Positions 26,863 through 36,036 are shown, numbered from the stretch's first letter. The stretch is 64,000 nt of DNA from an uncultured Candidatus Saccharibacteria bacterium (GCA_964348725.1 CAYGDG010000003.1:30775-94774), one strand, 5' to 3'. The notes: generated from the sequence alone by a model not told the origin. Program-made: numbers and translations.

Positions 26863-27675
26863 TTAGTGAAAAGTACCGACTTTTCCCAACTGTTTGCCGG
26901 TAACTCCCCGGCTGGCGAGTGCTTTGGCTGCCCACTCGAGGTTGCTTACGCGGCATTCTTTAACCTTTTTTATTTTGCCGGTGAGAGGCACTTTGTTGCC
27001 GCATCCGTCAAAAAATTCAGAACCTCCATCGCAGGTTTTCTTCATGGTCAGTTCTTTACCGGTTTCGGTGATTACAGGCACCTCATCTTTTGGAGTGGTG
27101 GCTTTTGGCAAATACTTCCATTTGATTTCTACGCCGCTGCTTACATACACATCAGGTACCGATGATTTTTTGCTTGCAACAACATCCTTCATGCGCCTTG
27201 GAGCTCCGCTTGTGGCGGGCTCTGTCGCAGGAGGTGTGTTTGCAGCAACATCATTGCTTGCCTGTTCGGTGGGAGTCGGTGCATCGCTGATGGAAGCAGT
27301 TACATCAAGCTTCTGCTCAGGTTCGTCCACGGCGAGTTTACTATGCTCTTCCGCAGTCTTTTTGGCCTGAGCGGAGATGTATTCGCCCACCTGTTTTTGC
27401 ACTTCCTGGTTGATCCGGATCGCTTCCCCCTTCTTGTCCTGATTGTACCTTTCCCGGTCCTCATCGCGAGCTTTTTTCTCAGCGGTGATTTGTCCCTGTG
27501 TTGCAGTCTGTACCGAATCGTACTTCGTCTGCATTTTTTTGTTCTGAGAAGCCAGGTTCTCAACTTCCTGTTTCAGCTGTTTCCTGGTCTGTTTCTTAGG
27601 CTGAGCCGAAGCATCAGAAGTTCCGAGCGCGAAGAGCGCAACCATCGTAAGGATGGCAATGAATGTTTTTTTCAT
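26863..27675 (-). CDS. Secreted coiled-coil protein of unknown function
   Basis: 270 aa; signal peptide MKKTFIAILTMVALFALGTSDASA; lysine/glutamine-rich. Confidence 0.5.
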   Translation of the reverse strand: MKKTFIAILTMVALFALGTSDASAQPKKQTRKQLKQEVENLASQNKKMQTKYDSVQTATQGQITAEKKARDEDRERYNQDKKGEAIRINQEVQKQVGEYISAQAKKTAEEHSKLAVDEPEQKLDVTASISDAPTPTEQASNDVAANTPPATEPATSGAPRRMKDVVASKKSSVPDVYVSSGVEIKWKYLPKATTPKDEVPVITETGKELTMKKTCDGGSEFFDGCGNKVPLTGKIKKVKECRVSNLEWAAKALASRGVTGKQLGKVGTFH

Positions 27676-27852
27676 CGTTTGTGTAATTAAGGTTTATAAA
27701 ATTGATTATTTGTAGCAATCCGCGAAATTGCGGACTGCATTCAAATAACCAATTCAAACCTTGGATTTTAAGGATCAAAAAATACTATGGAAGTATAGCA
27801 AATAAAAGAGCCTTTGTCAAGGCCCTTTCGATGTGTCTATAAGTGGAAGATT

Positions 27853-28794
27853 TTACAGCAATTCCTTGAGCTCTTTCAGCTTCTGCAATTTGTTTCCATA
27901 GAATCCCTGTATTTCAGGCGCACTATATTTTGCCATCATGCTCTCATAGTATTTTTCAAACATACCCATTTCTTCCATGTTCTGATTCGGCATTTCTTTT
28001 TTCAGCGCGGCGACTTTTTTCCGCTTTTCTTTTTCGAGACGGTCTTCTTCCGTTTCTGGCTGTGCCGCGTCTTCCGGTGCGGCTGCATCGGTCTCTTCAG
28101 TCGGCGCCTCTGCGGTTTCTTCTGCATTTGTGTCTACATCATTTGTTTCCGCTTCAGCCTCTTTCTCAGATGCTGTCGATGCTGTGATGATGGGCTCTGT
28201 GCCGCCTTCAGGCAGGACGATATAAACTTCGTTGTTATTGAATTTAGCCGTAAAGTCTTTTGCCGCCATGTCTATGGAGTCCTTCGCATTGTTCACATTT
28301 TCCATCCGAAGCATGGCACCGCTGTTCCTTACCAATCTGTACCGTGTCTTACTCTTCTTGAACATCATTTCCGTGCCGATAGGAACTTCCCTTTTCTTGC
28401 CATCCATAAGGTCGATGAATGCCGGAGGATCTATCTTTACTTTTGGCGCGGCTGCCGGAGCCGGTGCTGGAGTATTTTTCGGCTTAGGTGTTTTGTTCGG
28501 AAAGCCGACTTCCACATCTCCTTTTCCTGTTTTCCAGGTTATCTTCATCGTGTCACCTTCCTCTTTGCTGTCGATCATTTCAAATTTCTCGCGCTCCCCG
28601 CTCTCTGCTTTTGCTTCGATGACGATGCGGCCGCTCTTGCTGGCTTGGATCTTCATGATCTTGAATCCCTGAACTTCATCTCCCCACTTAAGCGTATGTC
28701 CGCCGGGCAATTTTACCTGCTTGAAATTATCAAGCCTGTTCTTCGTGTCTATGCTCGCCCCTGCGTCGCCATTTAAAACTTCTCCTTTAATCAT
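27853..28794 (-). CDS. Hypothetical protein with acidic Glu/Thr/Ala-rich C-region
   Basis: 313 aa ORF; no recognisable motif. Confidence 0.45.
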   Translation of the reverse strand: MIKGEVLNGDAGASIDTKNRLDNFKQVKLPGGHTLKWGDEVQGFKIMKIQASKSGRIVIEAKAESGEREKFEMIDSKEEGDTMKITWKTGKGDVEVGFPNKTPKPKNTPAPAPAAAPKVKIDPPAFIDLMDGKKREVPIGTEMMFKKSKTRYRLVRNSGAMLRMENVNNAKDSIDMAAKDFTAKFNNNEVYIVLPEGGTEPIITASTASEKEAEAETNDVDTNAEETAEAPTEETDAAAPEDAAQPETEEDRLEKEKRKKVAALKKEMPNQNMEEMGMFEKYYESMMAKYSAPEIQGFYGNKLQKLKELKELL

Positions 28795-28955
28795 ATGTTC
28801 TTATTATAAATTAAATTCCGTGAACTGCTAATCGTAAGATCTATTAATTATGTATTTTGAAAATTATTTTGTCAAATCTACCAGTCATATCCGTGACCAG
28901 TAGATTTGCCTGTATCGCTATTTTAACACATTTATTTCTATGCTATTATTTGTGC

Positions 28956-29576
28956 ATGAAACCAAACAGATTCGAACAGCTCTCCGACGGCATCTTCGCC
29001 ATCGTCATGACGATCCTCGTATTTGAAATTCGCGTGCCGGATTTTGCCCTGTATCCTACGAATGCTGACATGGTACATGCCTTCCTTTCCATGGTGCCGC
29101 TTTTTCTGACCTACATCCTGTCTTTCGCCATGCTCTTCACGTACTGGCGCGCGCACCATTTCTTCGTATCAGTGTACGCGCAGAATATAGACATGACGCT
29201 GACAAATATAAATGCCCTCTTTTTCCTGTTCGTCGGTCTCGTTCCCTTTTCCGCATCGCTCCTCGGCGAATACACTGCTATAGAGATGCCGATAATTATT
29301 TTCGCGCTGAACACTATACTTATCGGCCTGTGCTTGTACTGGATGCGCAATTATGTCTTGCATTCGGACCACATAAAAAATATCAAAATAGGTAAAGATG
29401 AAATCCTGCGTGGCACCATCCGCACGCTTGTGCCCGTCTTTTCCGCGCTCATCGCTATTCCTCTGTGTTTTTACAATAAAGAGCTCGCGCTCTCGCTCCT
29501 GACCCTCGCCATCCTCTTTAACTTTTCGCACACGAGCACGCGCTTTCTCTCCACACTCTTCAGCCCGAAAAAATAA
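28956..29576 (+). CDS. DUF1211/TMEM175-like membrane protein (putative K+ channel family)
   Basis: Internal ATG of ORF 28857..29576; RFEQLSDGIFAIVMTILVFEIRVP is the family hallmark; several TM helices. Confidence 0.65.
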   Translation: MKPNRFEQLSDGIFAIVMTILVFEIRVPDFALYPTNADMVHAFLSMVPLFLTYILSFAMLFTYWRAHHFFVSVYAQNIDMTLTNINALFFLFVGLVPFSASLLGEYTAIEMPIIIFALNTILIGLCLYWMRNYVLHSDHIKNIKIGKDEILRGTIRTLVPVFSALIAIPLCFYNKELALSLLTLAILFNFSHTSTRFLSTLFSPKK

Positions 29577-29673
29577 AACAGATAATCCACCGCGCCTCTT
29601 TACATGCTCGTGAGCTCCTGCTACACTAGGAGAATATTTTTAGTTCTTTTAAAGTGCTTGCAGTACCTCTGAG

Positions 29674-29731
29674 TATGAAAAGCGCCAAGGATACCCACTT
29701 TTTCCATCGGGCATCTTTCGCGCTTTTCATA
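29674..29731 (+). promoter_or_regulatory. 12-bp long-range inverted repeat upstream of small Cys-rich peptide gene
   Basis: TATGAAAAGCGC (29674..29685) ... GCGCTTTTCATA (29720..29731), 34-nt spacer. Confidence 0.4.
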
Positions 29732-29804
29732 AATTCCGGCCGGGTTTATGCAAGCTGGGCAAACAACTCCCCCAATCCGGAGTTTTACTTTGAAATAAAC
29801 CACT

Positions 29805-30194
29805 ATGAAAAAATTCATTGGTTTGATTTTTATACTCTGCACGGGATTTCTTCTCGCGCATGCGGATGCTGTAGGTACAACATCTCGCCTTGAATTCACC
29901 GTAGTAAAAGTAAACACGAGTACAGCCGATGCAAACACAGCCGGACTAACAGCCGACCAGTTTCCACCGGGAACGCAGCAGCAGAAATGCCTAGCCGCAA
30001 TCCGGTCCGGAAACAGTATTCCTGTAATCGTAGCTTACCAAACGAAAGACGTAGACAAAAAGCTGGCAGCCCAGAGCCTCAAAGACGGGAAAAACCGTAA
30101 GTTTGCAACGGCGAAAAAAGGAGGTTTGGCGCGAGCTCCTATTGCGTTTAACGCACCTGGTTGTTCATGCGGTGCATGTTCAGCTTACAGTTAA
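29805..30194 (+). CDS. Small secreted protein with Cys-rich C-terminus (GCSCGACSAYS)
   Basis: 129 aa; signal peptide MKKFIGLIFILCTGFLLAHADA; terminal Cys cluster. Confidence 0.5.
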   Translation: MKKFIGLIFILCTGFLLAHADAVGTTSRLEFTVVKVNTSTADANTAGLTADQFPPGTQQQKCLAAIRSGNSIPVIVAYQTKDVDKKLAAQSLKDGKNRKFATAKKGGLARAPIAFNAPGCSCGACSAYS

Positions 30195-30470
30195 CATGCC
30201 GAGGAACACAAACAAAAAAAGCGTGTCTATACAGTAGGCATGCTTTTTTATTTTGCATCCAGCCTTTTTGCTTCCGCCCAGGCGAGCTCGTAAATTTTTT
30301 TCATCGCATCCGCTATTTCGTGCGATTCTATGATAATGCCGAGCTTCTCGCGCCAGGAGGCTATCATCACTTTATTGTCATAAATATTTATTTCCGGAAC
30401 GAAATAATACTTGTCTGCTGGTACGATTTGCCACTTCCTCTTTCTTCTCTTTCGCTTTTTCGCCGAGAGA

Positions 30471-31421
30471 TTAATCCGCGATTATTTTGTATCCATCTAA
30501 AACGGCATTGCAGATGAAAAGCTCTATCGCTTCATATTGCTCTTTGAGCTGGGCTTGCTGGAGAGCTTTGTAATATTCAGGCCTTTTCTTTCTTTTAATG
30601 ATAGCCGGCGGGGTGTTTTTTGCCAGAAGCATTCCAATCAGAAGCAATCTGCCTACCCGGCCGTTACCATCGCTGAATGGATGGATTTTTTCAAAATCAG
30701 CATGAAAATGCGCCGAATCTTTAAGGTAATCATTCGATTTTTTCTGCGCAAATAATTCTTTCATCAAAATTGGAACCTTCAGATAATTTGCGGTAGGTAC
30801 GAAAGAACCTGTGATTCGCACTGGGTGTGTCCTGTATCGTCCGGCATCATCGCGAATACCGGCCATCAGTATTGTATGCAGTTCTTTCGCCAGTAATTCT
30901 TTTACTGGTTGTTTTTTGGATAATGCTTCCAATAAATAGCGGAACGCCCTGTCGTGATTTTTTGCCTCCAATTGCTCATTGAGAGTTTTATTTCCGAGTG
31001 TTTTTTTATCAAAAATAACTGAAGCTGTATCTGCTATAGAGAGGGTGCTTCCTTCTATCGCGTTGGAGTTGTATGTTATTTGGAGGGATAGCTCATCAAT
31101 CAGGTCTTTGCGGGATAGGATTTTTTGCAGGATGTTCTTGTTTTTTTTAGATAGGTCCGAAATAAGGTTTTTTTTGACCTCAAAAATTGAATTTTGATCC
31201 TCAGTCCTGACACCGTAAGAAGAAAGCAGTTTATTTATTCTGGTCTCCGCATCTCTGCGCGGAACAGCTTTGCCTGTCCACCAATTATTAAAAGCGGCAA
31301 AGGATACGACAAGCTCGCTTGCCAGCTGGGTCTGGGTCTTGCCAGAAATATCTTGCAACACTTGTAATTTCTCTGGCACATTCATATCAGCTATCCTATC
31401 AAACTTTATAAAGAAAGTCAA
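30471..31421 (-). CDS. Fic/Doc family protein with N-terminal XRE-like HTH
   Basis: 316 aa; canonical FIC motif HPFSDGNGRVGRLL; N-terminal LQVLQDISGKTQTQLASEL HTH. Confidence 0.8.
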   Translation of the reverse strand: MTFFIKFDRIADMNVPEKLQVLQDISGKTQTQLASELVVSFAAFNNWWTGKAVPRRDAETRINKLLSSYGVRTEDQNSIFEVKKNLISDLSKKNKNILQKILSRKDLIDELSLQITYNSNAIEGSTLSIADTASVIFDKKTLGNKTLNEQLEAKNHDRAFRYLLEALSKKQPVKELLAKELHTILMAGIRDDAGRYRTHPVRITGSFVPTANYLKVPILMKELFAQKKSNDYLKDSAHFHADFEKIHPFSDGNGRVGRLLLIGMLLAKNTPPAIIKRKKRPEYYKALQQAQLKEQYEAIELFICNAVLDGYKIIAD

Positions 31422-31442
31422 ATTCAGAAACTTTATAAAGTT

Positions 31443-32951
31443 TTACTTTCTCACCCCATGCTTCTCATGTAATTTTGCCACCTCCTCTTCTTCCAATTCC
31501 TCTTTCTTTTCTTTTGCCTTTTCGCCGAGAGATTTTAATTCAGTGTCGGAAAGAGTGTCTAGCTCTTTCACGCGTGCATCCAAATACTCCCGCGTGTTTT
31601 TTGCCGGATCGTCCAATACTTCTTCAAGCAACGCATGTAGCATCCAGCCCATGCGGGGCCCTGGTTTTATATTCAATTCTTTCATCAAAATAACGCCGTC
31701 CACTTTCAGTTGGGATACGGATATTGGATCCCGCAGGCATTCTTCTATCATCGCGTGATATTTGCGCAGGCGGTATGGCGCTTCTTTTTTCTTCATGCCC
31801 ACACGGTCGCACTCGCGGATATTCATAAGGGTCCAGATATTGTCCACGCCGATTTTGGTGATGATGCGGCGTACGGCGGAAAGGGTGATCTGCTCCGTGT
31901 CGGAAAAGAACATGTGGTTTCTCACCAATGCAACTATGAGTTCGCTTTCTTTCTTCGGGAATTTCAGCCGAGCCAAAATTTTTTCTGCCATTCGCGCGCC
32001 GACGACTTCATGCCCGTAAAAAGTATAGGCCTTCTTCTCCCCTGGCCTCCTGGTGCGCGGCTTGCCGATATCGTGAAAAAGCGCGGCCAGGCGGATTTCC
32101 AATGACCACTTTTTATCCGCCGCATGCTGGAGCGCCTGGAGGAGGTGCTCATACACATCAAAGAGATGCGCGCCGCCTTGTTCACAGCCTATTCCCTCTT
32201 CTAATTCGGGGACGATATGTTTGAGCAGTCCGAGCTTTTGCAAAAGCACGACGCCATTCGCCGGTGCGGGGGATTCTATGATTTTTATAAATTCATCACG
32301 TATTCTTTCGGCGGAAACTTTAAGCAACAAATTATTTTTTTTGTAAATGCTTTCAAGAGTTTCATGCGAAAGAGTGAAACCGAGCTGTACAGAGAAACGG
32401 ACAGCGCGGAGCATACGCAGGGCATCCTCGGAAAAGCGCTCATCCGGCTCCCCTACTGTCCGTAAGGTTTTATTTTGTATGTCCTTTATACCTTCAAACA
32501 AGTCTATTATCTGTCCTTTAGACTTGTCCGCCGTGGCGGGGTCTAGAGCTAAAGCATTGACCGTGAAATCACGCCTCTTAAGGTCATCTTCCAGCTTTTG
32601 GCTCCATTTTACCTCATCTGGATGCCTGGAATCGCTATATTCTGCTTCAGTCCTATAGGGCGTTACCTCTATAATGTCATATTCCTCAGGGGATGTTCCC
32701 GCCACGGCGGGTAGGTCACGAGGAACACACACCCCTACAGTACCAAAAGTATTTTCATATACTGTCTTTTCAAAAAGTCCGATAATCTGCTCTGGTGTGG
32801 CATTGGTGGTGATGTCCCAATCTTTTGGCTTTCTGTCCATGAGGAGATCACGGACACATCCGCCTACCAGGTACGCTTCAAAACCCGCTTTTTCTAAAGT
32901 CGCTGTTATTCGTGAAACTTCCGGAGGGATTTTTTCTTTGAGGTTATCCAC
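31443..32951 (-). CDS. cca: CCA-adding tRNA nucleotidyltransferase with HD domain (GTG start)
   Basis: 502 aa; LVGGCVRDLLMDRKPKDWDITT polymerase-beta head, HDIGKP HD motif. Confidence 0.8.
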   Translation of the reverse strand: MDNLKEKIPPEVSRITATLEKAGFEAYLVGGCVRDLLMDRKPKDWDITTNATPEQIIGLFEKTVYENTFGTVGVCVPRDLPAVAGTSPEEYDIIEVTPYRTEAEYSDSRHPDEVKWSQKLEDDLKRRDFTVNALALDPATADKSKGQIIDLFEGIKDIQNKTLRTVGEPDERFSEDALRMLRAVRFSVQLGFTLSHETLESIYKKNNLLLKVSAERIRDEFIKIIESPAPANGVVLLQKLGLLKHIVPELEEGIGCEQGGAHLFDVYEHLLQALQHAADKKWSLEIRLAALFHDIGKPRTRRPGEKKAYTFYGHEVVGARMAEKILARLKFPKKESELIVALVRNHMFFSDTEQITLSAVRRIITKIGVDNIWTLMNIRECDRVGMKKKEAPYRLRKYHAMIEECLRDPISVSQLKVDGVILMKELNIKPGPRMGWMLHALLEEVLDDPAKNTREYLDARVKELDTLSDTELKSLGEKAKEKKEELEEEEVAKLHEKHGVRK

Positions 32952-32965
32952 AGATTAAAAAAGTG

Positions 32966-33038
32966 TGCGGCGTAGGAGAATCGAACTCCTGTCTCATCCT
33001 TGGCAAGGACGTGTTCTACCACTAAACCAACACCGCGC
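32966..33038 (-). tRNA. tRNA-Gly(GCC)-like, with two central acceptor-stem mismatches
   Basis: Anticodon arm CGTCC-TTGCCAA-GGATG, T-arm GGAGT-TCGATTC-CTCC; acceptor GCGCGGT vs ACGCCGC gives C:C and G:G at pairs 4:69 and 5:68. Confidence 0.55.
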
Positions 33039-33105
33039 AAAAACAGTATAATATTTTATACCTAGAAATGCAATATATCTATAAATAATGTACTATATTA
33101 AGGAC

Positions 33106-33180
33106 GCACTCGTAGTGAAATGGATATCACGACTGCCTTCGAAGCAGTTATTGGGGGTTCGAATCCCTCCGAGTGCACCA
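33106..33180 (+). tRNA. tRNA-Arg(TCG), CCA encoded
   Basis: Acceptor GCACTCG/CGAGTGC perfect; anticodon stem ACTGC/GCAGT, loop CTTCGAA; T-loop TTCGAAT; 75 nt. Confidence 0.75.
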
Positions 33181-33274
33181 GCGTCAAAAAGCTATTTTAG
33201 TCAATAGTGTCCAATAATATCTCTTTATTTAATCTTTATCACCTATAGGTATAATAGGTAAAAGGGTTGAAAAC

Positions 33275-33283
33275 TGTGGATAA
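33275..33283 (-). promoter_or_regulatory. Perfect DnaA box (TGTGGATAA) in AT-rich tRNA-flanking intergenic region
   Basis: rc = TTATCCACA. Confidence 0.4.
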
Positions 33284-33400
33284 CTATGTTGGAAAGGTGT
33301 ATAACGGACACTTTTCCTGTCTCATATTAGACCCTTATTTTTATAAAATAGCCTTATAAATAAAGCTATAATGTAAAAGACAGCAAAAATAACTGTATTT

Positions 33401-33414
33401 GTTTCACGTGAAAC
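33401..33414. promoter_or_regulatory. Perfect 14-bp palindrome GTTTCACGTGAAAC overlapping start region of yraN-like gene
   Basis: Self-complementary; GTTTCACGTG recurs at 33601..33610 and CATGTGAAAC at ~43031 upstream of pnp. Confidence 0.35.
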
Positions 33415-33419
33415 ATATT

Positions 33420-33833
33420 ATGCCAAAGGTTTTTACTTCAAATACACAAAAAATAGGTGAAATAGGCGAGAATATAGCCTGTGAGTTCCTCATGAAACAT
33501 GGTTTTTCGGTAATTGAACGCAATTATACGAAAAAATGGGGTGAAATTGATATAATTGCCGAAAAAAGCAACAAAATATACTTTATAGAAGTTAAATCTG
33601 TTTCACGTGCAACTTTGCCGGATGTTTCGCATGAAACAAAGGGGAATGACGAATATCGTCCAGAAGACAACATGCACCCTTGGAAATTAAAGCGGCTTTC
33701 ACGGACAATACAAACCTATATTCTGTCCAAGAAGCTGGATGAAAGGGAATGGCAGGTAGACCTATTGGTGGTGTATATGGACATACGGAACCGCACGGCC
33801 AGGGTAAAGGTCATGTCAGATATTATTCTATAG
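33420..33833 (+). CDS. yraN: YraN/UPF0102 family endonuclease-like protein
   Basis: GEIGENIACEFLMKHGFSVIERNY..GEIDIIAEK...IYFIEVK PD-(D/E)xK-like pattern; ATG 33420 preferred over TTG 33399. Confidence 0.6.
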   Translation: MPKVFTSNTQKIGEIGENIACEFLMKHGFSVIERNYTKKWGEIDIIAEKSNKIYFIEVKSVSRATLPDVSHETKGNDEYRPEDNMHPWKLKRLSRTIQTYILSKKLDEREWQVDLLVVYMDIRNRTARVKVMSDIIL

Positions 33834-33843
33834 AATGAAAATG

Positions 33844-33914
33844 TCGGGGCGCTGGGAATCGAACCCAGTCTATCTGTTCCCAAAACAGACGTACTACCGG
33901 TATACTACGCCCCG
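33844..33914 (-). tRNA. tRNA-Pro(TGG)
   Basis: Acceptor CGGGGCG/CGCCCCG; anticodon stem TCTGT/ACAGA loop TTTGGGA; T-loop TTCGATT; 71 nt. Confidence 0.75.
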
Positions 33915-33943
33915 ATGCTTTTTTGTGCCGGGATATGAACGGC

Positions 33944-34017
33944 TGGTGCGGGATAAGGGAGTCGAACCCTTCACCACAGTTTGGAAAACTGTTATTTTAC
34001 CGATAAACTAATCCCGC
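33944..34017 (-). tRNA. tRNA-Gly(TCC), CCA encoded
   Basis: Acceptor GCGGGAT/ATCCCGC; anticodon stem ACAGT/ACTGT loop TTTCCAA; T-arm AAGGG-TTCGACT-CCCTT. Confidence 0.75.
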
Positions 34018-34080
34018 CTTCGGCGGGCAAGCCCGCTTCCGTCTTTACAAGATAGCAAAAAAAGCCTCTATTGGCAAATA

Positions 34081-34122
34081 AAAAGGCCAACTATTGTTTT
34101 GTATAATAGCTGGCCTTTTTTA
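34081..34122. terminator. Bidirectional terminator hairpin between desaturase gene and tRNA cluster
   Basis: GGCCAACTATT...AATAGCTGGCC stem (1 mismatch) flanked by A- and T-runs. Confidence 0.55.
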
Positions 34123-34124
34123 AT

Positions 34125-35189
34125 TTAGGCTTTTCCCATGTACCGTAGATACACGATATGCGCGATAATTGCATCGAGCATAGTCGAGTATTCGTAATAG
34201 GCGATATTCTTTTCCACACAAAGCTTCTTCACGAGTATCCTGATATTTGGATAATGCACGTGGCTGATGCGGGGAAACAAATGATGCTCAATCTGGAAAT
34301 TTAGTCCGCCGGAAAACCAGCGGATCAGCCTGCTCCCTGTGGCAAAATTTACCGTGGCGTCTTTTTGGTGATGATGCCATGCTTGCAGATCTTCGCCTTC
34401 CTTAGGAAAGTTCGCCTTTGGCACGACGTGCGCCAGCTGGAACACGATGCTGATTGTGAGTCCGCACGTGAGCATGATGATCAGGAAGCCGATGCACCAT
34501 TCTAGAAAAGGCATGAAGCACAAAGGTAGGATGATGAAAAAGCCGACATGCACTGCTTTACTGAACCAGAAAATAAAATGTTGCAATCCGTTCATCTTTT
34601 TAAATCGCCGTCCTTCTATTTCTCCGCTGAAATATTTCACAAAATCATTTATGTATACCCAAACAAAATATATCCATGGGTATAAGACTACCCAATAGAT
34701 ATGCTGGTATTTGTGAAACCATTTCCTCGGCTGATCCGGGTGCAGTCGCATAAATGGGCCAACATTGATGTCTTCATCATGATCTTTTACATTTGTAAAT
34801 GTATGATGCAAGACATTGTGTTTGAATTTCCAGAGGTACACATTTGCACCGAGGAAATTCAGCGAGTGACCCATGATCTCATTTACCCATTTTTTGGAAG
34901 AATAGCTTCCGTGGGCGCCGTCGTGCATCACATTGAATCCGATGCTGGCAACGGCGATTCCGAGGCCCACGCATACAAGAAATGCGGGCCACCAGGACAA
35001 GGGCGTGAAAACGAACACATAGTACAAGGCCCAGAAGACCGAGAATAATATGCCGGTTTTCAGGTAGAGTGCAATATTTCCGTTCTCGGAAATATTATTC
35101 AAAGAAAAGTATAATTGTACTCTTCTTTCTATCTCACGCGCAAAGTCATCGCGCGGGGGGAATGTAGGAATTTCTTTTTCCAGTAGCAT
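34125..35189 (-). CDS. Membrane fatty acid desaturase
   Basis: Three His boxes HDGAH, HNVLHH, QIEHHLFP; multiple TM helices. Confidence 0.8.
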   Translation of the reverse strand: MLLEKEIPTFPPRDDFAREIERRVQLYFSLNNISENGNIALYLKTGILFSVFWALYYVFVFTPLSWWPAFLVCVGLGIAVASIGFNVMHDGAHGSYSSKKWVNEIMGHSLNFLGANVYLWKFKHNVLHHTFTNVKDHDEDINVGPFMRLHPDQPRKWFHKYQHIYWVVLYPWIYFVWVYINDFVKYFSGEIEGRRFKKMNGLQHFIFWFSKAVHVGFFIILPLCFMPFLEWCIGFLIIMLTCGLTISIVFQLAHVVPKANFPKEGEDLQAWHHHQKDATVNFATGSRLIRWFSGGLNFQIEHHLFPRISHVHYPNIRILVKKLCVEKNIAYYEYSTMLDAIIAHIVYLRYMGKA

Positions 35190-35280
35190 GTGATTTTTAT
35201 TTATTAAAGAAGTTTAGATATCTGTATTTTTCGTATTTGCTCGTATTATAGCATCTTATATTTGTATTTAGTCCGCCTTC

Positions 35281-36036
35281 ATGTATGATAAAGGGATGTT
35301 TACACCGTACATATATGCATTCGTATCGGTCATCGTCGTGTCACTCGTCTCACTTGTAGGCGTCTTTACGCTGTCCCTTAAAGCAGAAACAATACGGAAG
35401 TATACATTTATTTTTATGAGCCTTGCTGTGGGGGCGCTTCTCGGCGACGCTTTTATTCACCTTATCCCGGAAGCGATGGAGGGGGGAGGGCCTGTGGGTA
35501 TTCTCATCATCGCCGGTATTCTGCTTTTCTTTATTTTGGAAAAATTTCTGCACTGGCATCATCACGGCGAAGATGCGGGCGAGCATCATATTCATCCTGT
35601 CGGCAAATTGGTCCTCCTTTCTGACGGCGTGCACAATCTCTTGGACGGTGTCATCATCGGCGCGAGCTTTTTGGTATCCGTGCCTGTGGGCATCGCCACC
35701 ACGCTGGCCGTCATATTACACGAAATTCCCCAGGAAATAGGGGACTTTGCCGTGCTTCTGCATGCCGGATATTCCAAAGCGCGTGCCTTGTGGCTCAATT
35801 TTCTTTCCGCGCTTCTTTCCATAGCCGGTGTGGTGCTGGTATTGCTCCTCGGCTCTGCCGCTGAAAATTTTTCCGTATATTTTGTGCCTGTAGCCGCAGG
35901 CGGATTTATCTATATTGCTATGGCGGATCTGATACCGGAGCTCCATAAAACAAAAGAAGGAAAAAATTCCTTCTTGCAATTGTTTGCAGTATTGGCGGGC
36001 ATCGGCGCGATGCTCGCGCTCACTTTAGTGGAGTAA
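35281..36036 (+). CDS. zupT: ZIP family zinc/metal transporter
   Basis: HEIPQEIGDFAVLL signature, 8 TM, His-rich loop HWHHHGEDAGEHHIH. Confidence 0.8.
   Translation: MYDKGMFTPYIYAFVSVIVVSLVSLVGVFTLSLKAETIRKYTFIFMSLAVGALLGDAFIHLIPEAMEGGGPVGILIIAGILLFFILEKFLHWHHHGEDAGEHHIHPVGKLVLLSDGVHNLLDGVIIGASFLVSVPVGIATTLAVILHEIPQEIGDFAVLLHAGYSKARALWLNFLSALLSIAGVVLVLLLGSAAENFSVYFVPVAAGGFIYIAMADLIPELHKTKEGKNSFLQLFAVLAGIGAMLALTLVE

Noticed and set aside
28857-28955. Upstream extension of DUF1211 ORF
   Set aside because: The family signature begins right after the internal Met at 28956 and the extension is hydrophobic junk.
32966-33038. tRNA on the plus strand at this locus
   Set aside because: T-loop (TTCGATT) and anticodon loop (TTGCCAA) only read correctly on the minus strand.
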